A stretch of 64,000 nucleotides of DNA from Squalus acanthias (taxonomy: Eukaryota): assembly GCA_030390025.1 (NCBI GenBank), contig CM059425.1, positions 163,806,001 to 163,870,000 on the forward strand, in the 5' to 3' direction. Below the pieces are notes generated by a model. The model did no database searches, was not told where the DNA came from, and saw only the letters and a list, made by a program, of their open reading frames with translations. The position numbers and the translations under genes were made by a program. Shown here piece after piece: positions 12,786 through 26,141 of this stretch (position 1 is its first letter; every line of letters starts with the position of its first letter).

Positions 12786-13669
12786 GCTCAGCTGTGCTTC
12801 AGTGCCCATTAGTGACCTTTTGTTGTCTCGAGTGAGTGCTCATGCATGTTGTGTCTATAGGGTGCGTGTTCTTGCTGTGATTGTAGTGTCAAAAACCTAA
12901 CATATTTTGGTTTAATTTACATTCTCCATTTTATTCTATTAATTTTTAATCTCCCTGCCATTATAGTGGAGGCTGCTGTCATCTGCTGCTTTTGGATCTG
13001 TTGTGAAAACATCTTTGGGAATATAAAGATAAATCTTTTTGAAGACTGTACAGGTCTTGACTCTCCATGTGCAATGCCATGGGAGATTGGCTACTAATAA
13101 AATAAAACCTGTAGCTTTCTGCCCAAAACACTCAAACAAGACATTGATAATGCCTCAATGGTATCTGAAAGTTTGGAGAGTTCTAAACTGTGGGGTTGTA
13201 TGTGGTCACATTGCTGATCTAAGCTGTTGTAACGAAGGGAAGCTGACATTTGTAATGGAGGAAGAGGAGGCCACTATGAGACTATCTCCCTGCATTGTGG
13301 GTACCCAGGGTTGTTACTGCCATTTCTAGAGGTCTACTGCCACTGTCTAGGGGTCTACTGCCATTGAATGGCGGAGAAGGCTCGAGGGGCCGTATGGCCT
13401 ACTCCTGCTTGTATTTCTTATATGTTCTTATATATCCCTATTGTGGCCCTGGGACGTGTCGATGCCTGGGGCGAAAAGAGAGAAATCTGTTGGGTCCCGG
13501 GCCTGCGACACCCGTCCCCCCCCCCTCCACCCTCTCCTCCTCCATATACATGCAGCAAGCGGAGAAGGAGTAGCGCCGATTGGGGCGGTTAGGTGGTGGT
13601 ATGCCTCACCACCCACATTTTCCATCAGTTTCCCCTGTAATCCCGCCACAACAACTACTTTGCTTTTGA

Positions 13670-13762
13670 TTTTTTTTTTTATTCATTCATGGGTGTGGGC
13701 ATCGCTGGCAAGACCTGCATTTATTGCCCATCCCTAATTGCCCTTGAGAAGGTGGTGGTGAG
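13670..13762 (-). mobile_element. LINE/SINE 3' tail fragment
   Basis: Reverse of the GGGCAATTAGGGATGGGCAATAAATGC...poly(A) tail. Confidence 0.7.
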
Positions 13763-13820
13763 CAGTCCTTGGCTGCTGCTGGAGCAGTTTTTCCAGCTGG
13801 CTTTCTGGCACCATGATGGA

Positions 13821-13937
13821 CATGTGGTTGAGGAGGTGGCGAGGGAGCAGACATGCTGACATCCTGAGAGAGGGCAACATGTGGTTGAGGAGGGGGCGAG
13901 GGAGCAGACATGCTGACATCCTGAGAGAGGGCAACAT
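13821..13937. repeat. 57-bp tandem duplication within a Harbinger Myb exon-3 remnant
   Basis: Two near-identical units at 13821 and 13878. Minus-strand peptide VALSQDVS resembles VAVLSHDDS of the intact Myb gene. Confidence 0.8.
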
Positions 13938-13941
13938 ACAC

Positions 13942-14468
13942 GCTATGTATACTTGCCATAGAGGGAGTGCAACGAAGGTTCATGAGATTGATTCCTGGGA
14001 TGGCGGGACTGTCGTATGAGAAGAGATTGAGTAAACTAGGCCTGTATTCTCTTGAATTCAGAAGAATGAGAGGGGATCTCATTGAAGCGTACAAAATTAT
14101 TACAGGGCTTGATAGGGTGGATGCTGAGAGACTGTTTCCCTTGGCTGGGGAGTCTAGAACCAGGGGCCACAGCCTCAGGATAAAGGGTAGGCCACTCAGG
14201 ACTGAGATGAGAAGAAATTTCTTCACACAGAGGGTGGTGAATCTTTGGAATTTTCTACCCCAGAGGGCTGTGGAGGCTCAGTCATTGGGTATATTCAAAA
14301 CAGAAGTCGATAGATTTCTGACTAGTAAAAGCATCAAGGGATATGGCGATAGGGCCAGTGGATGGAGTTGAGGCAGAAGATCAGCCATGATCTCATTGAA
14401 TGGCGGAGCAGGTTCGAAGGGCCGAATGGCCTACTCCTGCTACTATTTCTTATGTTCTTATGTTCTAA
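13942..14468 (+). mobile_element. CR1-type LINE 3' fragment
   Basis: ORF 13967-14371 (LEFRRMRGDLIEAYK, FFTQRVVNLWN); tail (TTCTTATG)n. Confidence 0.9.
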
Positions 14469-15758
14469 CATGTGCCACTACTGTGACACCACTGCCACTC
14501 CCATGGGGCTGTGGCTCATCACTCCCACTGATCTGCGGGAGAGCAGACTTGAGGAGATTAATGATGCCTTTAAAGCCCCTCTCCATGTGGTCTACCAACC
14601 TCTCCAAGGTGGTGCAGCTATTGGAGCCCAGAGACCTGGCTGGTGCCAACTTTTGCTGGCAGGTTTGAGACCGTGCGGCTCTTAGTTGGTCATCCAGTTA
14701 AAATGGCATGCATGTCCCATTGACATCATTAGGACATGACTTTACCATTTGAATTAGGCCCCTGCTCTTCTGGGGGTGGCGGCCTTTCATTGCCTGATTT
14801 CTGAAATGGGAGTGGGGCAGCAAACTCCCACCCCCTTCCATCTTAGCCTCCCGCCTGCACCGATCCCACCTTATATGATTTATGTGCTTTTGAACCTAAT
14901 ATAATACACCTTCTTCTTGCTCCCTAGTGCCTGAAGTTAGTGAGGTGGCTGTGTGCTGAATATCAGTTGGAGTCTTTTGGGACTGACATGACCCTCTATC
15001 TCTTTGAACTGGCTCCACCATGTGTGCCGCTATTAGGAGCTGCCTGATCCCACATGCTTCCTGGCATCTGTACATTTAGTGGAGGGAGATGGTAGATGGT
15101 CAGCTGAGGGAGACCATGTGCTGGCTGTTCAGACAGCAGGTTGCTATTCCTTCCATACCTCAACCACCACCACTTTTTCCTGCTCATTTGTGCATTGAGG
15201 GTCACTTGGTGCACCCCACCACAGTCCATAAAGGATTTTCCTGAGGTGAATGTATATGAACTGGCAGGTAGGAATGAGTGATGCTGGCTGCTTTAATGTT
15301 CCTGGGAGCTGCAGGGCAGTTGGCTACTGTGAAAGAATCCACAGGTTGTCAATAGGGATCAAGGGCACATTCAATAAAAATGTTCCTGTTGTATGCCTAT
15401 AAAAAAAAGATATTATAATGGGGCTATGGAATGTGAACAGTGAATTGGGATTAGTTTTGGATGGTCTGGCAATGAGCTGTGTTGCATTGTGGGCTCCCTA
15501 AACCACATTGCTAAATTCTGGAAAATATAAAAGGATAAATACTAGAATTCTAGGAAGTTCAGACAACACTCTCAGAGCAATGAGACAAACAAAAGTCTCT
15601 TAGATCAGATACCCATTTGTGGCTGTTGCACATCAGTCAAGGCCACTGAATGAATGGGGTAAGTTGTTTGGCCAGATAAGGAATATCTGAGGTTGTCCTT
15701 CGAAAGCCATTTTCTTATCTGGTCTTGTTCAAAGGCTGGTTTTCAGATCAGTCTCTGA

Positions 15759-16912
15759 CATAAGAACATAAGAATTAGGAGCAGGAGTCGGTCACACGGC
15801 CCCTCGAGCCTGCTCCGCCATTCAATAAGATCATGGCTGATCTTCCACCTCAACTCCACTTTCCCGCCTGATCTCCATATCCCTTGATTCCCCCTAGAGT
15901 CCAAAAATCTATCGATCTCAGCCTTGAATATACTCAACAATTCAGCATCCACAGCCCTTTGGGTAGAGAATTCCAAAGATTCACAACCCACTGAGTGAAG
16001 AAATTCCTCCTCATCTCAGTCTTAATTGGCCTACCCCTTATCCTGAGACTATGCCCCCTAGTTCTAGACTCTCCAGCCAGGGAAAACAACCTCTCAGCAT
16101 CTTCCCTGTCAATCCCCCTCAGACATGTGTTTCAATGAGATCACCTCTCATTCTTCTAAACTCCAGAGAGTATAGGCCCAATCTACTCAATCTCTCCTCA
16201 GAGGACAACCCTTTCATCCCAGGAATCAATTTAGTGAACCTTTGTTGCACTGCCTCGAAGGCAAGTATATCCTTCCTCAGATAAGGAGACCAAAACTGTG
16301 CACAGTACTCCAGGTGTGGTCTCACCAAAGCCCTGTACAATTGTAGTAAGACTTCCTTACTCTTGCACTCCAACCCCCTTGCAATAAAAACCAACATGCC
16401 ATTTGCCTTCCTAATTGCTTGCTGTACCTGTATGCTAACTCTCTGTGTTTCCTGTATGAGGACACCTAAATCTCTCTGAACACCAACATTTAATAGTTTC
16501 TCACCATTTAAAAAGTATTCTGTCTTTCTATTCTTCCTACCAAAGTGAATAACCTCACATTTCCTCACATTATAGTCCATCTTCCACCTTATTGCCCACT
16601 CACTTAACCTGTCTATATTCCTTTGCAGGCTCTTTGTGTCCTCCTCACAGCTCACTTTCCCACCTCGCTTTGTATCATCAGCAAACTTGGATACATTACA
16701 CTCGGTCCCTTCATCTAAGTCATTAATATAAATTGTAAATAGCTGAAGCCCAATCACTGATCCTTGTGGCACCCCACTAGTTACAGCCTGCCAATCTGAA
16801 AATGAGCCGTTTATTCCTACCATGCTAATATATTACCCCCAACCCCATGAGCCCTTGCATAACAACCTTTTATGTGGCACCTTATCGAATATCTTTTGGA
16901 AATTCAAATACA
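15759..16912 (-). mobile_element. CR1-type LINE fragment (RT to 3' end)
   Basis: ORF 16119-16823 contains GVPQGSVIG and FADDTK; tail at 15759. Confidence 0.9.
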
Positions 16913-16916
16913 TTTT

Positions 16917-17112
16917 GGCCCGTATTTTCCGATCGGAGGCTTCCTGCGTGCGGAGGCCTCCGATCTGGAAAAAATCTACGCCCTTACCTGAGGGCTCCGG
17001 AGGTCCGGACATTTCCTCTCCTGGGCCTCGCATGCCTGAAACCGGCACTTGTGAGGTCCCTACAGGTATGTACACAGCTCGTACACACCCGTAGGGATCG
17101 GAAAATCCAGCC
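16917..17112 (-). mobile_element. Short deleted MITE, same family as 30162-30885
   Basis: Ends GGCCCGTATTTTCCGA / TCGGAAAATCCAGCC. Both halves match the ends of the 30162 element in reverse. Confidence 0.7.
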
Positions 17113-17569
17113 ATTATATATGTTTCTGTTTATTGTGAATGACACCTAAAAGGGAATCTGCTGGCAAAATGAAGCACGTTGATCGCTCACACAGAAAATA
17201 GGCGGGACAAGGGGGATCTTGTGAAATTAAGTATGGAAAGAATAATGCATTTGACATGACATCAGAAAGTTCCAGTCTCTGAGAAGAGAAAGATTATAAA
17301 GTATAACAATACAGCAAGACAGTGTACAAATAAGGTTGGATACTCAACACAACCAAAGAGGGAAAGGATTGCCACGACTATGGATGGAGATTAATCCCAC
17401 AAGCATCCACAGAGATGTATCCTAGTGTTCAAGCGGGAGGCACTACTACCCAATTCCAGCACAACTAGCTGTTTAGGAGTCCAACAATAAAGCAATTTTG
17501 CTCAGTTTGTATTGATCTTGGATGCTAAGTATAATCGTTATACTATATATAAAGCAGAACCCAGCTAAT

Positions 17570-18410
17570 GCTGAGATATTGGATTATAGCCCAGTAATGT
17601 GAATAACTGTGAAGTAATGCATTTTGGGAGAAGAAACAAGGATTGGGACGATACACTGAATGGAAAGACACTGAAGGGTGTGGATGAACAAAGACCAATG
17701 GGTTCAAATACATCATTCCTCGATTGCAAGTGCATAAAGCCATAAAAACACAGAAAAACTGCATTTGGGGTTTTATAATAGGATCACAGAGTACAAGAGT
17801 AAAAGATAATGATGAATTTATACAGAACATAGTTAAAGTAATGTGTGCAGCTTTGAGTGTACCATTCTAGAAAGGACATTAAAGCTATAGAGACTGGACA
17901 GCGTAGATTCACCAGCACGTTGCCAGGGATGGGAAATTATAATTATGAAGAGAGAATTGATAAAACAGGACTATTTCCACTAAAGCAAAAATAGTCAAGA
18001 AGATATTTAGTAAAAGTTTTTTAAATTATGAAGAGTTTTCCTAGAGTGAATAGAGAAAGACTATTTCATCTAGTCGGGGAATCAGTGGTGAGTGGTCATC
18101 AAGTTAAAATGATCACTGAGACAGTGAAAAGTGAAGTTAGGAGAAATTTATTTACACAGCGAATTGATGCAGCATGGAATGCTTTGCCAAAGGGAATAGT
18201 TGAGGCAGAGAGCATTGCATGTTTTAAAAGAAAACTGGATAAATATTTGACACCGGCAACACCGGCATCTCCGCATCATAAATATTTGAAGCAGAGGAAG
18301 AGACAAGGCTATGGGGAGAGAGCGGGACAGTGGGATTCGTCATGGATCTAGCAAAGAGCTGATGGAAAAACTGGACTTCTTCTGTGCTGTAAACTTCTAT
18401 GGTTCTATGC
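17570..18410 (+). mobile_element. Old CR1-type LINE 3' fragment
   Basis: Degenerate TGTGAAGTAATGCATTTTGG; ORF 18028 reads LFTQRIDAAWNALP. Confidence 0.75.
18251..18277 (+). mobile_element. 27-bp Penelope 'tail' micro-insertion with a 12-bp TSD
   Basis: CACCGGCAACACCGGCATCTCCGCATC is flanked by ATAAATATTTGA (18239-18250, 18278-18289). CAACACCGGCATCTCCGCATCAT is the exact reverse complement of 42158-42180. Confidence 0.85.
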
Positions 18411-18474
18411 ATGCGGATGTACTCACATTCAAACTTGCACCCGTTTGACATTAAAGCTTAGCAATTGTGGTTGA

Positions 18475-18919
18475 TGTAATGGCTTACACTGGTAGTAATT
18501 GTGTGGCCAGGGTCAGGTACTGAACTCGTGCTTCTGACCCGCTGAATGCACTGCTCGCAAAACTGCAGGGTGTGTCAGCGGGTGGTGTGCTATCTCACAG
18601 AGACTGCATCCAGCTGATTATCAATGCAAGTCTGCTCATTAGTTCTCATAAATAGCACTTATGGAAGGAATTTGTCATTGAATTACTGTCATTTCCCTCG
18701 CTTGTACCGAAGTGTTCCCCACCTTTAGAGTATTAAGAGTGTTATTATTTGTGTCTTACCTTTTAATAAAGATTGAAGTTCTTTCATCAAACTCAGTTGT
18801 CTGCTGCACCTTTTGTCACAACCCCCAAATAAGTCCAAGGTCTAGAACCAAGGGAGTGGGAGCGATTCGAACCGCTCAGAAGTCAGAGGTGAAGCTGACA
18901 CAAAACACCACCCCCTACA
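18475..18919 (+). mobile_element. Possible solo LTR
   Basis: TGTA...TACA ends, CATAAATA TATA-like motif (~18646), AATAAA (~18765). No TSD visible. Confidence 0.3.
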
Positions 18920-19756
18920 GTGGGCAGAACAGTGGCAAATGGAATTCAATCCGGAGGAGTGTGAGGTAATGCATTTGGGGAGGGCTAACAAGGAAAGGGA
19001 ATACATATTAAATGGTAGGACACTGAGTAGCGTAGAGGTAAAAAGGGACCTTGGAGTGCATGTCCACAGATCCCTGAAGGTAGCAGGCCAGGTAGATAAG
19101 GTGGTTAAGAAGGCATATGGAATGCTTGCCTTTATTAGCCATGGCATAGAATACAAGAGCAGGGGGGTTATGCTTCAACTGTATAAAACACTAGTTAGGC
19201 CTCAGCTAGACTACTGCATGCAGTTCTGGTCACCACATTACAGGAAAGATGTGATTGCACTAGAGAGGGTACAGAGGAGATTTACAAGGATGTTGCCGGG
19301 AGTAGAGAATCTTAGCTATTAGGAAAGACTGGATAGGCTGGGTTTGTTTTCCTTGGAACAGAGGAGGCTGAGGGGAGATCTTATTGAGGTGTATAAAATT
19401 ATGAGGGGCATAGATAAAGTGGATAGAAAGGACCTATTTCCCTTAGCAGAGGGGTCAAAAACCAGGGGGCACAGATTTAAAGTAATTGGTGGAAGGTTTA
19501 GAGGGGATTTGAGGGGAAATTTCTTCACCCAGAGGGTTGTGCGGGTCTGGAACTCACTGCCTGAAAGGGTGGTAGAGGCAGGAACCCTAACCACATTTAA
19601 AAAGTACTTGGATGTGCACTTGGAATGCTCTAACCTGCAGGGCTACGGACCAAGAGCTGGGAAGTGGGATTAGGCTGGATAGCTCTTTGTTGGCCGGCGC
19701 GGACACGCTGGGCAGAAATGGCATCCTTCCATGCTGTAACTTTCTATGATTCTATG
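18920..19756 (+). mobile_element. CR1-type LINE 3' fragment
   Basis: ORFs 18939-19322 and 19344-19673; tail (TTCTATGA)n. Confidence 0.9.
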
Positions 19757-20179
19757 CATGCAGTGTATTAATCTCACCCATTTCAAATGGACATTCAAGG
19801 CCAGGCAGGCTAAGCAGCAGAAGAGTCAATTTATTTTTTTCTGGCAGAGACTTATAAGCTTTGGGGATTGCCTTTAGTGGTCCCCAGTCACTTGATCTAA
19901 TGGAGGAGGACAAAGAGAAGACAGGAATACCAGGAATATCAGAGGCAGATTGTTCATTCACACCAATATGCCACCTACAGGCTCAGACACAGCAACCTGG
20001 CAATGATTTAGAAGTACTACTGTTGCAGTTTCAGGTTCAGGGAGGAGGTAGTTACAGAGCTGCAGCGCTTCAAGAAGACATCCAGCATGGGATAACATTG
20101 CTGTGACATTTGTGACATACTTGGGGTAGCAACTTGACATAGAAAGTTGTTCTACTGCCTTACCGTGGCAGTTTTCTTA

Positions 20180-20665
20180 AGGTCTGCCACCTTGATCCAT
20201 ACTTTTGTCACCTCCAGACTCGACTATTGCGACATTCTCCTGTCCGACCTCCTATCCTGCACCCTCTGTAAACTTCAGCCCCTTGCCTATCCCGCACCAA
20301 TTTCCACTCACCCATCACCCTGTCCTTGCTGACATACATTGGCTCTGGTTCCCCAATTTTAAATTCTAATCCTCATGTTGAAATTCCTTCATGGCCTTGC
20401 CTCGCCTTATTTCTGTAACCTCTTCGAGCCCTATAATCACCACCACCCCCCAGAGCTCTCTGTTCCTCTGATTTTGGCCTTTTGTGCATTCCACCCTCCC
20501 TTCACCCCACAATTGGTGGTCATGCCCAATGCGCTGGAATCCCTCCCTAAACTCCACCACCTCTCCAGCTCCCTCTCCTCCTTGAAAACCATCCTTAAAA
20601 CCTAAATCCTTGACCAAGCTCTTGGTAACCCCTAATATCTCCTTCTTTGGCTCAATGCCCATTAT
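20180..20665 (+). mobile_element. Degenerate L2-type LINE 3' fragment
   Basis: Peptides LIHTFVTSRLDYC and KFLHGLASPY. Confidence 0.7.
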
Positions 20666-20669
20666 TTGA

Positions 20670-22018
20670 TTTTCTTTTATTCGTTCAGGGGATGTGGGCA
20701 TCGCTGGCAAGGCCAACATTTATTGCCAATCCCTAATTGCTCTTGAGAAGGTGGTGGTGAGCTGCCTTCTTGAACCACTGCAATCTGTGCAGTGAAGGTA
20801 CTCCCATAGTGCTGTTAGGGAGTGAGTTTCAGGATTTTGACCCAGTGACTATGAAGGAACGGCGATATAATTCCAAGTCAGAATGGTGTGGGACTTGGAG
20901 GGGAACTTGGAGGTAATGGTGTTCCCATGAGCCTGCTGCCCTAGTCCTTCTGGGTGGTAGAGGTCGCGGGTTTGGGAGGTGCTGTCGAAGAAGCCTTGGC
21001 AAGTTGCTGCTGTGCACCTTGTAGATGTTACACACTGCAGCCACGGTACGCCGGTGGTGGAGGGAATGAATGTTTAAGGTGGTGGATGGGGTGCCAATCA
21101 AGTGGGCTGTTTTGTCCTGGATGGTGTTGAGCATCTTGAGTGTAATTGGAGCTGCACTCATGCAGGCAAGTAGAGAGTACTCCATCACACTCCTTGCTTG
21201 TGCCTTGTAGATGGTGGAAAGGCTTTGGGGAGTGAGGAGGTGAGACACTTGCTTCAGAATACCCAGCCTCTGACCTGCTCTTGCAGCCACAGTATTTATG
21301 TGGCTGGTCCAGTTAAGTTTCTGGTCAATGCTGACCCCCAGGATGTTGATGGTGGGGCTTTGACTATGGTAATGCCGTTGAATGCCAAGGGACGGTGGTT
21401 AGACTCTCTCTTGTTGGAGATAGTCATTGCCTGGTATTTCTGTGGCGCGAAAGTTACTTGCCACTTATCAGCCCAAGCCTGAATGTCGTCCAGGACTTTT
21501 GCATGCGGGCACGCACTGCTTTATTATCTGAGGAGTTGCGAATGGAACTGAACACTGTGCAATCATCAACAAACATCCCCACTTCTGACCTTATGATGGA
21601 GGGTAGGTCATTGATGAAGCAACTGAAGATGGTTGGGCCTAGGACACTACCCTGAGGAACTCCTGCAATGATGTCCTGGGGCTGAGATGTTTGGCCTCCA
21701 ACAACTACAACCATCTTCCTTTGTGCCCAGTCAGTGGAGAGTTTTCCCCCTGATTCCCATTTACTTCAATATTACTAGGACTCCTTGATGCCACACTCGG
21801 TCAAATGCTGCCTTGATGCCAAGGGCAGACACTCTATCCTCACCTCTGGAATTCAGCCCTTTTGTCCATGTTTAAACCAAGGCTGTAATGGGGTCTGGAG
21901 CCGAGTGGTCCTGGTGGAACCCAAACTGAGCATCAGTGAGCAGGTTATTGGTAAGTAAGTGCCACTTTATAGCACTATCGACGACACCTTCCAGCACTTT
22001 GCTGATGATTGAGAGTAG
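20670..22018 (-). mobile_element. Non-LTR LINE (CR1/L2 group, second family), RT to 3' end
   Basis: GVPQGSVLGP, FVDDCT, LSTIYKAQ; same family as 37905-39190. Confidence 0.85.
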
Positions 22019-22020
22019 CT

Positions 22021-22440
22021 CATGGAATCATAAAATCACAGAATGGTTACAGCACATAAGGAGGCCATTCGGCCCATTGAGTCTGTGCCGGCTCTCTGCA
22101 AGAGCACTTCAGCTAGTCCCATTCCCCCGCCCTTTCCCTGTCGCCCTGCAAATTTTTTCCTTCAGGTACTTATCCAATTCTCATTTGAAAGCCACAATTT
22201 AGTCTGCCTCCACCACCCTTTCAGGCAGTGCATTCCAGATCCTAACCACTCGCTGCGTAAAAAAGTTTTCCCTCTTGTTGCCTTTGGTTCTTATGCCAAT
22301 CACCTTAAATCTGTGTCTTCTGGTTCTCGACCCTTCTGCCAATGGGAACAGTTTCTCTCTTTTTACTCTGTCTAGACACATTATGATTTTGAACACCTCC
22401 ATCAAATCTCCTCTCAACCTTCTCTGCTCTAAGGAGAACA
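22021..22440 (-). mobile_element. CR1-type LINE 3' fragment
   Basis: ORF 22199-22453 (LEQRRLRGDL). Confidence 0.85.
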
Positions 22441-22849
22441 GTTGAAGCTTCAAGCATAAAAATGGGCATTTTTGTTGGGACTATATAAAGTGGAAAAGGG
22501 AAGATGTTTCATCAGGCAGGAAAAGAAAGCAGGACTCCGTTGTCCATTTGATGCTTCTGAATGAGAGCTAGATTGTGACAAAGACACCGAAGTAGAGACT
22601 GGTCCATGCTGTTTGAGGCAGATGTTGATATCAGCTGGGATAACAAATTGAACAATGCTGAAGTAATATTTTTATGCAATAACAGAAGTATGTTACAGCA
22701 TGAATACTATGATGGGTAGGACAAGTGTGCTATATGGTTGAAGATCCATTCTCTTCCACAGGTGGTGGAATATGTCCCATCTCGGGAATACCAAAGCTTA
22801 GATGGTGGAAGACTTGAATAAAAGACTGAAAGCAAACTTTGAAACAACC

Positions 22850-23495
22850 CCATATCCTCACCATCACCAACACTGCCTACTTCCACTTCTGTAACATCGT
22901 CCATCTCCGCCAGACCTCAGCTCATCTGCTGCTGAAACCCTTATCCATGCCTTTGTTACCTCTAGGCTCAACTATTCCAATGCTCTCCTGGTCAGCCTCC
23001 CATCTTTCACCCTTCGTAAACTTGAGCTCATCCAAAATCTGTTGCTCATATCCTAACTCGCACCAAGTCCCATTCACTCCTTCACCCATGTGCTCGCTGA
23101 CCTACATTGGCTCCCGGTCCGGCAACGCCCCGATTTAAAAATTCTCATCCATGTTTTCAAATCCCTCCATGGCCTCACCCCTCCCTACCTATGTAACCTA
23201 TTCCAGCCCTTTAACCAACCGAGATCCCTGCACGCCTCCAATTTTGACATCTTGCGCATCCCCGACTTTCATTGCTCCATCGTGCCTTTAGCTGCCTGGG
23301 CCCTAAGCTCTTGAATTCCCTCTCTGCCTCTCTACCTCATTCCTCCTTTAAGAAGATCCTTAAAACCTTCCTCTCACCTGTCCTAATATCTCCTTATGTG
23401 GCTCAGTATCAAATTTTGTTTGATAATCGTCCTGTGAAGCGCCTTGGGATGTTTTACGACGTTAAAGGCGCTATATAAATGCAAGTTGTTGTTGT
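22850..23495 (+). mobile_element. L2-type LINE 3' fragment
   Basis: LADLHWLPV...FKSLHGL; tail GGCGCTATATAAATGCAAG(TTG)n. Confidence 0.8.
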
Positions 23496-23959
23496 GGTTG
23501 TCTTAAGCAGATAAGCCAATGAATAGCTGAGCCATACAGATCAGAAAGGTTCCAAATTTGAACCTCAATCTGTGCTGCACTATTAAAAGAGCATGTGTGT
23601 ATGCTGAGTGATGACATGATTGGGCTTGGCTGTGATGATCCCTACCACCAAATAATTGCTGATATTCAAGCATGGATTTTCCTCAGCAATGTGATTGTCA
23701 CCAGAGGTGTGGCGGAGCAGAATGTCTGCCTGCCTGGTTGCACTAGTGGATTTTCTGGGGGTGAGCTGAAGTAAAATATTGTGGGCAAGCTCCAGCTATT
23801 GGAAACACCTACCATTGGTAACTCACCCAGCTTCTGGGGGTGCGAAATAGCATGCTGCTGCAGGATTTAGATGCTTGCAGCAAATTAAAGGGCCGACATC
23901 ATCAGAAGACTTTTTGCTGGAAGCCACAAGTTTGTTTGGAAACCTTCAGACAGGTCTGC

Positions 23960-24120
23960 TGCAGGCACGGGTGCTGATGTGGAAGTTGTTCTGCAGTAAG
24001 TCAGGTACAAGAGGGAGAAACCTTTTGGCACTGATAGGTGCTGGGCGCTAAGGAGAGCAGCAGCAAAAAAGTGGAAGGAGATTGCCAGGGCAGTCAGTGC
24101 CAATTCCAATATTTCGAACA
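23960..24120 (+). pseudogene. Old Harbinger Myb/SANT exon-1 remnant
   Basis: Translates to DVEVVLQ*VRYKREKPFG...KKWKEIARAVSANS. Confidence 0.45.
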
Positions 24121-25094
24121 TAGACATTCATTACCACTTCCTCCTCACTGTCATAAATTGCTTCAAGAGCTTATTACTAATGCCCATGAGGTAGCATGGT
24201 GCCCTTTACTCGTATTATTATATGCAAAAGCACTGTGGGAGTACCTTCACCACACGGACTGCAGTGGTTCAAGAAGGTGGCTCACCACCACCTTCTCAAG
24301 GGAAACTGGAGATGGGCAATAAATGCTGGCCTTGCCAGCGATGCCCACATCCCATGAATGAATTTAAAAAATCACCCCACTAAATGCCTCACATGGAATG
24401 GAATTGTTTGTTTCATCTGCCTATCAGCACCCCATTATGGGCTGCATGCAGACAACAAGGTTTTGCTGCATCTTATAATTGCTAATGTGAATTTGGTCAT
24501 TTTGCCTTCTTTTTCTAGGGCAGGATAGCCCACTACAGCCATTAGGGACAGGTGGTGAACCTCAATTCTCTGCCCTGTCATCCCCTACGAGGAGCTAGCA
24601 TTGGATCTCCTGGGCAGGTAGAGGTAGATGGTGAGAAGGAAGTAGGAGAGCAGAAGCTGGCTGCAGGTCATACTGACATTCTGCTTTTCTTTCTCCTCCT
24701 CCTAATGTACCCTGGACTACCTCTCAGCAAACTCCTTCTAATGAAAGTCTCATGTGAACTCTACTCCTCAGCAACCCATTGTAAGCTCTCTTCCTCTTAT
24801 AGATATGCCTGAGGAAGAAGAAGCAGTTGAAGGAAAACAAAGAACCAGGCCCTTCTCCTTGGTCCTGACAGCGCTTTTTGTACGTACTGTTAATCATTCT
24901 GGTCCACCCAAGCACCAGCTCAGTGTCATCCATTGGTGTGGTGGGGTGGCGGGCGTGTGGGGGGTGGTTATAGTCTTTAGAGAATAAACCAGAAAGGAGT
25001 GTGCAGTGTTATACACAAAGCATGAGTGGGAAGGCGTTGCTGGGGTGGTACATGAGGAGGAAGATATTGTTGCCGGAGGATCAGGGTATGTTGC

Positions 25095-25514
25095 CCCATC
25101 CACCACCTTAAACATTCACTTCCTCCTCCACCGGCGTACCGTGGCTGCAGTGTGTACCATCTACAAGATGCACTGCAGCAACTCGCCAAGGTTTCTTTGA
25201 AAGCACCTCCCAAACCCACGATCTCTACCACCTAGAAGGACAAGGCAGCAGGTGCATGGAAAGACCACCACTTCCAAGTTCCCCTCCAAGTCACACACCA
25301 TCCTGATTTGGTAATATATCGCCGTTCCTTCATCGTCGCTGGGTCAAAATCCTGGAACTCCCTCCCTAACAGCACTGTGGGATACCTTCACCACACGGAC
25401 AGCAGTGGTTCAAGAAGGTGGCTCACCACCACCTTCTCAAGGGCAACTAGGGATGGGCAATAAATGCTGGGTTTGCCAGTGACGCCCAGATCCTATGAAC
25501 GAATATAAAAAAAA
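25095..25514 (+). mobile_element. LINE 3' fragment (second family); a shorter tail copy lies at ~24228-24371
   Basis: PSTTLNIH...RRTVAAVCTIYKMHC plus the shared tail. Confidence 0.85.
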
Positions 25515-26141
25515 GCTAAATCACATTCAGAACACCTTGAAAATTAGAGACTAAATCCAAAAAGGTCTGATTTGGGTGAAATTTGAATATTTGGTGAAAG
25601 AACTTGACATGGTTCAGTTCAGGATTCTGAGGGGTAAAAATTCAGTTGGTTGCGCCTCCCGTTAGCGCCTTAAGAGGGCGCTAATGGGGCGCAAAGCCGC
25701 TAACGCCCGGGCGCAGCGATGTTTGCGCCGTTCAGGAACTTAACTAGAGATTGTGCGGCGGCGCTAAACTTTACCGCTGCGACCACCTGCGCGCGCAGAT
25801 TGTGACGTCATTCCATGGTGCAACGCCCTTGTGGTGCCCCGGAGGGGAAATTGAGTGGCGCCCCCTGCCTTACCGCCTGGCGCATCCAACGACCGGAAGA
25901 CTGGAACGCTATCAATCGCTGTGGGGCTGGGGGGGGTGCTATTTAAAGGGGGCCTCTTCCTGTCTTTTTCTGTGGTGGACATTTTTGCACCACTCGTTCT
26001 GAGAGAGAGAGAGAGATTCGGAGAGAGAGAAAGAGAGACTTCTGCATTGACTCGACGCTTTGTGAGGTAGTTTTGCCTGCTGATCCTAACTTCGCTAGTA
26101 CTTTAGTTGCTGTCCTTCATTACTTTGCTTGCAAAGAGACT

